Shown piece by piece: positions 8,099 through 17,236 of a DNA stretch of 62,823 nt. The stretch is from the IMG/VR virus record IMGVR_UViG_3300032284_001165, positions 1 to 62,823 of that record. One strand, written 5' to 3'. Source of the DNA: a virus (lineage: Duplodnaviria; Caudoviricetes). Numbering within the stretch: the first letter of the stretch is position 1; each line of letters starts with the position of its first letter. The notes below the pieces were generated by a model. The model ran no database searches, was not told the DNA's origin, and saw only the letters and a program-made list of their open reading frames with translations. The position numbers and the translations under genes were made by a program.

Positions 8099-11000
8099 GT
8101 GTTGTTAAATACTATGACACAGGTTCTGCCCAATGGATAGCAGCAGCTTACGGTGCACAAGGCGTTCAAGGTTTACAAGGCACACAAGGTTTACAAGGAC
8201 CACAAGGCCCAAGTGTAACAGCTGGTCCTGGACTTCAATATGTTTCGGGTATTGTTCAACTACAATCACCTACTGGTACTGGTAACAACGTAGTATTGCA
8301 AAATACACCAACGCTTACTACTCCAAATATTGGTGCTGCAACAGGTACATCAGTCATTGTAACGGGCCAATTACAGGGAACGTCTATACAAAGAACTGGT
8401 GGTACTTCAGCTCAGTTCCTTAAAGCTGATGGGTCAGTAGATGGAAATACTTACATAACTGGTTTAACAGGGGCAGTACTTACTGCTGGTGGTTCAACAA
8501 TTACGCCACCTACTGCTGACATAAAAGGTCTTATTATTAAGCCCGCAACCACTGGTCTTAGCGCAACTATTACTGGAGCGTCTGTAACCTCTTCTTTTGC
8601 AAGCATAACTGGTGGAAGTATAACTGCATCTACAGCTACAACTACTATTACAGGAATAAGTTCAACGGCAGGTCTTGCTATTGGAATGAAGCTGACCAAA
8701 ACTGCTGGTACAGGAGTTTTTGGGGGTACCGCTGGAACTACGGTAATTAAAAGCGTTGATAGTGCAACTCAAATTACTATTTTTTCTACAGCCGCAAACA
8801 CTGCTGGAACTATCACATTTTCTGTTGCTCCACCAACAGGTGGAGTTACATACACAGCAACAAATTCATTTTCTGTTGGACAATTAGTTTCTGTAACGGG
8901 AGTTGTTCCATCTACATTAAACCCAACATATATATATTCAGAAATTGTTGGCGCTAACTCTACAACCTTTACTATTATAGCTGGACTTACTGGAGTTTAT
9001 ACCTCTGGTGGAACTGCAACGGCATGGTCTAACACACAAGAATGGCAAAATCCTTCAGGAACAGCTTCAGCTCAAATAAATGCATTGGGAGCAAGTAAGT
9101 TTACTGGTTTAATAAATGAATTTAGCCTTACTAATGGTATCCACCTGGGTGTTGGTGGTGGAGTTTCTATTGGTTCTGATACGTCCCCTAGATTACTTTT
9201 TGTTCCTCCTGGGGTTACAGATTATCTAAGTAACTGGCAGATAGATGTAAATGCTGGAGTTTTTAGATGGTTTACTCCAGGCAACGTAGCGATGAGCCTT
9301 ACAACTGCGGGAGCACTTTCTGTAGCGAGTACTGTTTCAGCTTCCGGTCAAATTCAAGCACTTTCTGCAGGAAGTACCGCAGATGGAACTGGTCAAATCT
9401 ACTTAAACGGATCTACAAGCAATAGAATTGAATTTTCTACAACTGGTAGTAACGCTCCATCTTATACTACAAGGTCTTCAGGAACTAAAATCCTTTTGTA
9501 CCCTCAGACTACAGGCTCTTCAGTTGACCACGCAATTGGATTAGATGCCAATACACATTGGGTTTCAGTGCCTACCTCTGCACATTTCTTTAAGTGGTAT
9601 GCAGGAACTACACTTGTTGGAACATTAACTGGTGCTGGGGTATTTACAACAACATCACTTATTGGAAACCAGATTCAAATTACATCATCAAGCGGTGGTG
9701 TTAAAGGTGTAACAGTAAAGCCTGCGGCTGCTGGACTTACTGCAACTATTACTAACGCAGTACAATCGGCTGGTACAGTAACCTATACAGCAACTAACTC
9801 ATTTACCGCAGGGCAACAAGTAACTATTACTGGTATCACCCCTACTACTTTTAACGTTACTAATGCTACTATTGCTTCTGCTACTGGCTCTAACTTTACA
9901 ATAGTCAATGCCTCACTTGGTGGAACTTACTCATCTGGCGGAACAGCAACAGCGTATGCCAACTTGCAAGAATGGCAGACAAACGCTGGAGTTTCCCAAG
10001 TAGTAGTAAACCAAGCAGGTTATGTAACAACTCCAAATACAGAACTTGTTATGGAGCAAACTGGTGATAGTTATGGCACCTCTCGCTTACGTTTGCAAAA
10101 CCGTGGCGGTCAAAACGGTCCATTGTTTGATACTTCAAATAGCACAGTAGATTTAGTTGACTTTGGTTTTAAGTCTATTTCTGGACAAGGAAATATACGT
10201 TATGAAGCCAGAGCATTTAGCGCTGCGGCTACCATAACAAATGGTCCAGAATTTCAAATTGGAAATACACAATTAACTGCACAAGGTGGACTTTTAGGTT
10301 CAGCAACATCATTTCCTCTTATAGTTGGAACAGGGCTAACTGACCGAAAAATACAAATTAACTCTACCACTGGTAATACTGTACCCCTTACTATTAAAGG
10401 AATAGCAACAAATACAGCAACCATTACTGGTGCAACAGTAACTACGTTTGCTAATATAACTGGTACCCTTATTACTCCTCAAGGTGTCTCTGTGGGAGTT
10501 TCAAGAATTACTGGTATAGCCTCAACAGCAAACCTATTACCAGGGATGACACTCACTTATGTTTCTGGTGCTGGTACATTTGGTGGAGGAACTGGACAAA
10601 TCATATCCGTTGATACTGCAACATCTATCAGCATATATACAACAGCATCATCTGTAGCAGGTTCAATTACATTCTCTATTCAAAATTCTGTAACATACAC
10701 GGCTACTAATACGTTTTCACAGACGCAAAACGTAACTATTACTGGAGCAACAGCTGGAACTCTTAACGTAGCTAATGCCTTTATTGGAGCAGTAACAGCT
10801 TCTAACTTTACAATTATTAATACCACCGCTTCTGGTACTTGGTCATCGGGCGGTACGGCAACAATTACTCAATCTGCGGGGTTAACCTCTTGGATAGGTT
10901 CAGCTGGTACATCTGTTGCCTCTATAGATACTTCTGGTAACGTAACGGCTACATCGCTTATTAAGTCTGGCGGTACTTCAGCTCAATTCCTTAAAGCTGA

Positions 11001-12264
11001 TGGATCAGTAGACAGTTCTACATATGCAGCAGCTTCTGCAGTAGCTACAGTAGCTGGAGTAAGAGCTGCTACTCAGGTATTAGCTAAGCAGTCCTATGTA
11101 GGCTCTAACAATATTATTCCAGCGTATTCATCCCCCGCGGGTTATGACACCGCTATTGACTCCCTATCATTAACTAACTTAAACGCTGGTTCTGCCTCTA
11201 TTAAGATGTTTTTAACTAACAAAAACATTGAAAACCAAAAATATATTGCAGTAGCACAAGGACCATCAACAAATGCATCTACTTCCACTGATGGTATAAC
11301 TTGGACTTTAACAACTATGCCAGTATCTGCAGCCTGGAGATCAGTAGCTTACGGTAATGGAGTATTTGCTGCAGTAGCAAATAGCGCAACATCAGCGGCT
11401 ACTTCAACTGACGGCATAACTTGGACTTTAACAACTTTGCCATCATCTGCATCTTGGTATTTAGTAACTTACGGTAACGGAGTATTTGTTGCAGTAGCAT
11501 ATGGCCCAACAACAACAGCTGCTTCCTCAACTGATGGAATCACTTGGACGCTAAGAACTATGCCATCATCTGCAAACTGGCGCACAGTAACTTATGGAAA
11601 TGGTGTTTTTGCTGCAGTAGCAAACAACTCAACAACAGCGGCTTCATCAACTGATGGCGTTACTTGGACTTTAAGAACTATGCCAGCATCTGCAACTTGG
11701 AGCTCGACAACTTATGGAAATGGTATATTTGCTGCTGTAGCAAACGGACCATCAACAAATGCAGCTAGCTCAACCGATGGTATAACTTGGACGCTAAGAA
11801 CCTTGCCAGCAGTTGCATTCTGGGTTTCAGTAGCCTATGGAAATGGTGTATTTGCTACAATAGCACCAAGCTCATCATCAGCGGCCTCATCAACTGATGG
11901 CGTTACTTGGACTTTAAGAACTAATGCATCATCATCTGCAAACTGGAACGCAATGGTTTATGGAAATGGTGTATTTGTTGCAATATCACCAAGCTCAACA
12001 ACAGCGTCCTCATCAACTGATGGAATCACTTGGACGCTAAGAACTATGCCATCATCTGCAAACTGGCAAGGAGTAGCTTCAGGACATGTTCAGGACTACG
12101 AGCTAATCTATAAAAATACTGCTTTAGCAACTAACGCTACTGGTTGGCTTGATGCTAACAAGTATGACCCTATCTTTGTACCAGCTGGATACTCTGTAAT
12201 TGCACAGTCTTCAGTATCCCCGGTTAATATTCAACTATCAGGAGAAAAGTGGGTTAACACATAA
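8095..12264 (+). CDS. Large modular tail fibre/adhesin with C-terminal 7-repeat beta-propeller
   Basis: Short collagen; PTLTTPNIGAATG; two GGTSAQFLKADGSVD modules; three VTYTATN.F..Q.V..TG repeats; seven STDGITW repeats. Confidence 0.8.
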   Translation: MSVVKYYDTGSAQWIAAAYGAQGVQGLQGTQGLQGPQGPSVTAGPGLQYVSGIVQLQSPTGTGNNVVLQNTPTLTTPNIGAATGTSVIVTGQLQGTSIQRTGGTSAQFLKADGSVDGNTYITGLTGAVLTAGGSTITPPTADIKGLIIKPATTGLSATITGASVTSSFASITGGSITASTATTTITGISSTAGLAIGMKLTKTAGTGVFGGTAGTTVIKSVDSATQITIFSTAANTAGTITFSVAPPTGGVTYTATNSFSVGQLVSVTGVVPSTLNPTYIYSEIVGANSTTFTIIAGLTGVYTSGGTATAWSNTQEWQNPSGTASAQINALGASKFTGLINEFSLTNGIHLGVGGGVSIGSDTSPRLLFVPPGVTDYLSNWQIDVNAGVFRWFTPGNVAMSLTTAGALSVASTVSASGQIQALSAGSTADGTGQIYLNGSTSNRIEFSTTGSNAPSYTTRSSGTKILLYPQTTGSSVDHAIGLDANTHWVSVPTSAHFFKWYAGTTLVGTLTGAGVFTTTSLIGNQIQITSSSGGVKGVTVKPAAAGLTATITNAVQSAGTVTYTATNSFTAGQQVTITGITPTTFNVTNATIASATGSNFTIVNASLGGTYSSGGTATAYANLQEWQTNAGVSQVVVNQAGYVTTPNTELVMEQTGDSYGTSRLRLQNRGGQNGPLFDTSNSTVDLVDFGFKSISGQGNIRYEARAFSAAATITNGPEFQIGNTQLTAQGGLLGSATSFPLIVGTGLTDRKIQINSTTGNTVPLTIKGIATNTATITGATVTTFANITGTLITPQGVSVGVSRITGIASTANLLPGMTLTYVSGAGTFGGGTGQIISVDTATSISIYTTASSVAGSITFSIQNSVTYTATNTFSQTQNVTITGATAGTLNVANAFIGAVTASNFTIINTTASGTWSSGGTATITQSAGLTSWIGSAGTSVASIDTSGNVTATSLIKSGGTSAQFLKADGSVDSSTYAAASAVATVAGVRAATQVLAKQSYVGSNNIIPAYSSPAGYDTAIDSLSLTNLNAGSASIKMFLTNKNIENQKYIAVAQGPSTNASTSTDGITWTLTTMPVSAAWRSVAYGNGVFAAVANSATSAATSTDGITWTLTTLPSSASWYLVTYGNGVFVAVAYGPTTTAASSTDGITWTLRTMPSSANWRTVTYGNGVFAAVANNSTTAASSTDGVTWTLRTMPASATWSSTTYGNGIFAAVANGPSTNAASSTDGITWTLRTLPAVAFWVSVAYGNGVFATIAPSSSSAASSTDGVTWTLRTNASSSANWNAMVYGNGVFVAISPSSTTASSSTDGITWTLRTMPSSANWQGVASGHVQDYELIYKNTALATNATGWLDANKYDPIFVPAGYSVIAQSSVSPVNIQLSGEKWVNT
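11245..12085 (+). repeat. Seven ~120-nt Asp-box-like propeller repeats (STDGITWTLRTMPSSAxWxxVxYGNGVF)
   Basis: Visible in both DNA and protein. Confidence 0.9.
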
Positions 12265-13481
12265 TGGCTACTTGGAATAGAGATGAATCCACACTACGCA
12301 AGGCTTTTGTATCTCAAGGAGAAGCTGCGGTTACTAACTCAACTCCCGTATATCGTTCTCCTCAGAGTAAAACCTCTTATGTAAAAAAGATTGTTGTAAC
12401 TAATAACTCCGGTACTGCAGGCACTTTTGATATCTCATTACATGAGAATAGCTTCATACAAGGTGGAAACGTATTTGTTGCTGTAGCATATGGCCCATCA
12501 ACAGCAGCAGCATATTCAACTGACGGTATTACTTGGACGTTAAGAACCTTGCCATCATCTGCAGCTTGGTATGGAGTAGCTTATGGAAACGGTGTTTTTG
12601 CTGCAGTAGCAGGCGGCCCAGCATCAACAGCAGCCTCTTCCACTGATGGTATAACATGGTCTTTAAGAACTTTGCCAGTATCTGCAAACTGGCAATCAGT
12701 AACTTACGGTAATGGGGTATTTGTTGCAACAACAATCGGCACAACAACATCAGCGGCTTCATCAACTGATGGTATAACTTGGACGCTAAGAACTATGCCA
12801 TCATCTGGATATTGGTATGGAGTAGCTTATGGAAACGGTGTTTTTGCTGCAATAGTACAAAACTCAACATCGGCAGCTTCATCTACTGACGGAATTACTT
12901 GGACTGCTAGAACTATGCCATCATCTGCAAGCTGGATTTCAGTAGCTTATGGAAACGGTGTTTTTGCTGCAGTAGCAAGCAGCTCAACATCAGCGGCAAC
13001 CTCAACCGATGGTATAACTTGGACGCTAAGAACTATGCCATCATCTGCATTTTGGTATTCAGTAACGTACGGCAATGGTGTTTTTGCTGCAATATCATAT
13101 GGATCAACATCGGCAGCCTCATCTACTGATGGTATTACTTGGACGCTAAGAACTATGCCATCATCTGCAAACTGGTTTGCAGTAGCATATGGCAATGGAG
13201 TATTTGCTGCAGTATCAGCATCCTCAACATCAGCAGCCACATCCACTGATGGTATTACTTGGACGCTAAGAACTATGCCATCAAACGTAAACTGGAATGC
13301 AATAGCTTACCCACAGCGTTCAGACTTCTCTAGCGATAACTACCTATATAAGTCAGTAAATATAGGTTTTGGTACATCAGCAACCCAGTCTATATCTTAT
13401 GAAGTTATGGTTCCTCCTACCCACGAAATTAGAGCTAGAGCTACAGTACCGGTGCAGGTAACCGTTATAGGCGAGGTATAA
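12264..13481 (+). CDS. Beta-propeller adhesin, paralog of the C-terminus of 8095..12264
   Basis: Seven STDGITW repeats inside a small beta-sandwich-like frame. Confidence 0.8.
   Translation: MATWNRDESTLRKAFVSQGEAAVTNSTPVYRSPQSKTSYVKKIVVTNNSGTAGTFDISLHENSFIQGGNVFVAVAYGPSTAAAYSTDGITWTLRTLPSSAAWYGVAYGNGVFAAVAGGPASTAASSTDGITWSLRTLPVSANWQSVTYGNGVFVATTIGTTTSAASSTDGITWTLRTMPSSGYWYGVAYGNGVFAAIVQNSTSAASSTDGITWTARTMPSSASWISVAYGNGVFAAVASSSTSAATSTDGITWTLRTMPSSAFWYSVTYGNGVFAAISYGSTSAASSTDGITWTLRTMPSSANWFAVAYGNGVFAAVSASSTSAATSTDGITWTLRTMPSNVNWNAIAYPQRSDFSSDNYLYKSVNIGFGTSATQSISYEVMVPPTHEIRARATVPVQVTVIGEV
12470..13310 (+). repeat. Seven ~120-nt propeller repeats, near-identical in DNA to those at 11245-12085
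   Basis: Recurrent acttggacgctaagaactatgccatcatctg and tatggaaacggtgtttttgctgca. Confidence 0.9.
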
Positions 13482-13517
13482 TATGATACAGTATAAAGAT
13501 AGCCTTAAGGAGACACT

Positions 13518-13802
13518 ATGTCAGTAAGATATGAAATCGAAGATGGTACAAATGCCGTAAAGGTATTCTATGATGATAGTACAGTCCCATCCCTCTATCA
13601 ACCAAACTATCCAGGTGGAGATGCTTGGGCAGATGCTGCTGAAGCAGCGGCTTGGGCGGAACTATACATTGAATCTATTGTAAACGAAGATGCCCCATAT
13701 GCTCCAGGAAATCGTGGAGAAGAGGGTGGCAAAAAGCCTACACCTGAAGAGATTGCAGCTCAACAAGCTGAACTAGAAGCTAGCCGTAATCCAGCAGAAT
13801 AA
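13518..13802 (+). CDS. Small acidic protein, possible fibre assembly chaperone
   Basis: AAGGAG RBS; LYQP.YP.G..W...AEA.AWA motif; follows the fibre genes. Confidence 0.45.
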   Translation: MSVRYEIEDGTNAVKVFYDDSTVPSLYQPNYPGGDAWADAAEAAAWAELYIESIVNEDAPYAPGNRGEEGGKKPTPEEIAAQQAELEASRNPAE

Positions 13803-13822
13803 CTATTAACGAGGGCGACTAA

Positions 13823-14533
13823 ATGGAACACTATGACGTACTAATTGCAACACCCGGCGCAATGCTAGAGGCTCAGTATGTTAAGAGTCTAGTGTTAACT
13901 TTAGCCGAATGTGATAGGCGGGGAATCACTTACAAGTGGTTAAACGCCTACACATCCCTTGTTCATCATGCTCGTGAGTTAACCGCTAGTGGTATAGAGG
14001 GAATGCAGCTTGATCCCACCCAAACTACACCTGGTGGTAAAGACATCACCTATAACAAGATTTTTTGGATTGACTCAGACATTTCTTGGACCACTGAGCA
14101 GTTCTTTAAAATATACGACTCAGAATATGATGTAGCTTGCGGCTCTTATCTACTAGCTGATGGTATGACTACAACTGTTCATGCGTGGGGAGCACCTGGC
14201 GGTATGCCTGCCCATGAGATTGTAAAGATTACAGAACCTCTACGTGTACAAAGTTGCGGGTTTGGTTTTGTCGCCATGAAGTCGGGAGTATTTGAAAAGA
14301 TTCAACGCCCTTGGTTCTCCCACGAATATGTAAAAGTCGGGGAAGATGCAAACGGCAAAGACATTATGGATGCTGTGGGTGAGGATATCTCTTGGTGCGT
14401 TAAAGCCTATCGTGCAGGTATTGAACTTTACTTTGACCCTACAGTTCTAGTAACCCACATGAAGAAACAACCTATTACCTGGGACCATATCCCTAAAAAC
14501 TTTGTCCCTTCTACATTTAAACAGAGGCTCTAA
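13823..14533 (+). CDS. GT-A fold (GT2-like) glycosyltransferase
   Basis: VLIATP start, WIDSD (DxD), G.GF...K..VFEKI..PWF, GEDISWC, H.K. Confidence 0.75.
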   Translation: MEHYDVLIATPGAMLEAQYVKSLVLTLAECDRRGITYKWLNAYTSLVHHARELTASGIEGMQLDPTQTTPGGKDITYNKIFWIDSDISWTTEQFFKIYDSEYDVACGSYLLADGMTTTVHAWGAPGGMPAHEIVKITEPLRVQSCGFGFVAMKSGVFEKIQRPWFSHEYVKVGEDANGKDIMDAVGEDISWCVKAYRAGIELYFDPTVLVTHMKKQPITWDHIPKNFVPSTFKQRL

Positions 14534-15270
14534 TGGCTAAGAAACCACAGTCAGTATTTATTGCTACCCCGATGTACGGAGGTATGTGCCATGGCTCTTA
14601 TGCTAAGAGCCTATTTAACACTATGAAGCTCTTACTTGATAGTGGTTACGAGGTCCAATTTAGGGATATGTATAATAACTCTATTATCACAGAGGCAAGA
14701 GATTCCCTTACCCAGATGTTCTTAAATTCTGGATGTAACTATCTATTCTTTATAGATGCGGACCAGTCTTTTAAGCCAGAAGATGTACTACGCATGATTA
14801 AAGAAGATAAAGATATTATTGGTGGGGTTGTACCTAAAAAGCGTATTAATTGGGACACGGTTTCAGAAGCTACAAAACACGGGGTGCCTGCAGATAAGCT
14901 CAGCAAGTTTAGCGGGGAGTTTAATCTAGCCCTACTACCTGGTGCAGAGCAACCAGAAGACTTTACTAAGTCCTTTGAGGTATCCCATATTGGCACAGGT
15001 ATGATGATCATCAAGCGTTCTGTATTTGAAAAGTTAAAACCCCAAACTAAAGCCTATCTATTTTCATCTACGGGTGTTCTTGGTATTAACCCAGGAGATA
15101 CTCTTAATCAATACTGGAAATGTGAAGTATCAAGTTCAGGACTTTTAATGGGTGAGGATGTTAATTTCTGCAATATGTGGAGAGACTTGGGAGGAAAAGT
15201 ATTTGCTGCCCCATACGCTAAAACAACCCATGTTGGATCTTATGAGTTTGACGGTACTTTAAACCCCTAA
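14533..15270 (+). CDS. GT-A fold (GT2-like) glycosyltransferase
   Basis: VFIATPMYGG, FIDAD (DxD), GTGMMIIKRSVFE, GEDVNFC, HVG. Confidence 0.8.
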   Translation: MAKKPQSVFIATPMYGGMCHGSYAKSLFNTMKLLLDSGYEVQFRDMYNNSIITEARDSLTQMFLNSGCNYLFFIDADQSFKPEDVLRMIKEDKDIIGGVVPKKRINWDTVSEATKHGVPADKLSKFSGEFNLALLPGAEQPEDFTKSFEVSHIGTGMMIIKRSVFEKLKPQTKAYLFSSTGVLGINPGDTLNQYWKCEVSSSGLLMGEDVNFCNMWRDLGGKVFAAPYAKTTHVGSYEFDGTLNP

Positions 15271-15810
15271 CCTATCCAAGTTAGCTTGTATAGAAACCTT
15301 ATACTGAACAGGAAGTTTTTGAGACAGTAAGTCTACAAATAAACTCTTAGACTCTTGTGCACGTCCCACCCACCAGCCTGCTACAGCCTTTTCAAATAGC
15401 AACCCTAATTTACCAGGATAATCTAAAAATTCATTTGCTTGGTCTAGTGAATGATACAAGCCAAGTTCAGCCCAGGTATAGCACTCTCTCCATTCAGCGT
15501 TACGCTCATGGAATCGGGACATTAAAAAGTACCCTTCTTCTCTATGAGGCTGTAAAGCAACCGCTTGTAGTATGCAGTTACTAACTGTATGCTTCCTATC
15601 ATTTTGGCTTTCAAAACATATAGACATACGCAATAGCGATTGATAGGCTAGGTCTGGATGGGTTTCATAACCAAACTCAGCAGTGCGTAGATAAAAAGAA
15701 ACTGCGGAGGCCGTTTGTCCACGGCTATCATATTCTTTGGCACAAGCAAAGTTAAGTTCGGGATTAAAGGGATCACTAGATAGATTTACTACTAAGTCCT
15801 CAATGCGCAT
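15259..15810 (-). CDS. TPR-like helical repeat protein
   Basis: AVSFYLR.AE and A..L.P.R.EGYFL.S TPR-like patterns; coupled to the upstream minus-strand gene. Confidence 0.6.
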   Translation of the reverse strand: MRIEDLVVNLSSDPFNPELNFACAKEYDSRGQTASAVSFYLRTAEFGYETHPDLAYQSLLRMSICFESQNDRKHTVSNCILQAVALQPHREEGYFLMSRFHERNAEWRECYTWAELGLYHSLDQANEFLDYPGKLGLLFEKAVAGWWVGRAQESKSLFVDLLSQKLPVQYKVSIQANLDRLGV

Positions 15811-16801
15811 AGTTAGTTGCCTCTTTTACTAGTCCGTCAATTAAATCCCCGGGAGTTCTTAATACAAAAGCGCAGTTATCTTGAAACCCAAAGGAAATAA
15901 ACAGATCTCCTTGGTATTCAGCAGCACCCACACAGAACTCAATCTGCCCATCTAAAAATGAGAATGGGTTAGAAATACCTATAAAGTTAAAGTCCTCATC
16001 CCACAATACTAGGCGATGGCGATATAGTCCATCTTTTTGCATAAGATAGTTTTTATATAGGTCTACCTCATGGGTAATGGAAATATATTGACCCTTCCAC
16101 TTAAGTACATGGGAGCTTCCACGTTGGTCCTTAGGAGCCGCAGGAGTCGTTTTAAGGGCCTCTTGTGTAGTGTCTGGGGTATCTGGGTGGGAGTATACAA
16201 TTTCGGTCGGCATAGTCCATTTAACAAAGGTATAGGGCCTATCCAAAACCGGTACCCAGTTCTTTTCACAATAAGATTCATCGGGTTCTGGTGTAGGAAT
16301 ACGCTTACGGACTATTTCCTTAACAGTCCAGTTAGTCTTATCTAACTCAATTTTGGTGTACTCCATACGTCCTTGACCATTGGTAGTGGTATCTCTACGT
16401 ACCCCGATTAAATAATAGGAACCTTCCCATTGAACTATTCGGGCATCTTCTAAACCAACGAACTCCCATATAGGTGTATGAAGGCTTAACATCTCAACAC
16501 GAGTGTAATCAGTCATTTCTAGATCTGAGTTAAGCCTACATAGGTAGTTCTCAGTTATAAGACGTTGATCCTTTTCAGGGTGTAAGTAAGCTAAAGGACC
16601 CCAGCGTGAAGGAAACTTTTGAGTATTCTCAGAATGATAAAGTGTGTAGTTAACGTGGCGTAAATTAACTAGAATATCCCCATCGTCATCTATAAAAATA
16701 GATGGGTTCATTAAACCCGTACCAGAAGTAAGGCCTTGGGATATTACGAGGGGTGCTAATTTGCCCCCTTGGGCTACCGCCCGTTGCACCAGATTGTCCA
16801 T
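15800..16801 (-). CDS. Five-bladed beta-propeller glycoside hydrolase/phosphorylase-like protein (GH130/GH43-like)
   Basis: NPSI, GLEDARIV, EKNWVP, RGSS, IEFCVG, SFG.QD motifs. Confidence 0.6.
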   Translation of the reverse strand: MDNLVQRAVAQGGKLAPLVISQGLTSGTGLMNPSIFIDDDGDILVNLRHVNYTLYHSENTQKFPSRWGPLAYLHPEKDQRLITENYLCRLNSDLEMTDYTRVEMLSLHTPIWEFVGLEDARIVQWEGSYYLIGVRRDTTTNGQGRMEYTKIELDKTNWTVKEIVRKRIPTPEPDESYCEKNWVPVLDRPYTFVKWTMPTEIVYSHPDTPDTTQEALKTTPAAPKDQRGSSHVLKWKGQYISITHEVDLYKNYLMQKDGLYRHRLVLWDEDFNFIGISNPFSFLDGQIEFCVGAAEYQGDLFISFGFQDNCAFVLRTPGDLIDGLVKEATNYAH

Positions 16802-16808
16802 ATAACCT

Positions 16809-16814
16809 ATTATA
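16809..16814 (-). promoter_or_regulatory. -10 box TATAAT, 7 nt upstream of ATG (leaderless minus-strand operon)
   Basis: Minus strand reads TATAAT-aggttat-ATG(16801); no SD present. Confidence 0.6.
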
Positions 16815-16889
16815 CCCTAGGTAGTTTGGGTAAAAGACAGGGTAAATATGGCATATACTTTAGGCTACTAGCAACTCTCAAGGAGTCCC

Positions 16890-17234
16890 ATGGCAATCAC
16901 ATACAAAATTTTAGGTCAAACAATGGCTGCAGCTACAAATGCTGAAACCGTTCTATATACAGCTGGTCAATATGTCTCTGGAGCATCTGCAGTTGTCTCT
17001 ACTATTACTATCTGTAATCAGCTATCTACTGCAGCATCATATACAATTGCAGTACGTCCATCTACTACAGGCTCAACTCTTCCACAAAACCGCATTGCAT
17101 ACAATGCTCCTATTGCTGGAACAGATACAACGGCTCTAACTATTGGAGTAAGCTTAGCCCCTGGTGATAAGATTATCGTTTCAGGCTCTACTACTACTCT
17201 TTCATTCTCAGCTTTTGGAACTGAAATACTCTAA
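16890..17234 (+). CDS. Small virion beta-sandwich protein
   Basis: AAGGAG RBS; YKILGQ...TVLYT...STITICN...LSFSAFGTEI family common beside fibre genes. Confidence 0.6.
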   Translation: MAITYKILGQTMAAATNAETVLYTAGQYVSGASAVVSTITICNQLSTAASYTIAVRPSTTGSTLPQNRIAYNAPIAGTDTTALTIGVSLAPGDKIIVSGSTTTLSFSAFGTEIL

Positions 17235-17236
17235 AG

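Noticed and set aside
11245-13310. Regularly spaced DNA repeats resembling a CRISPR array
   Set aside because: The ~120-nt period is in frame and the intervening sequence is also homologous; these are protein-coding propeller blades
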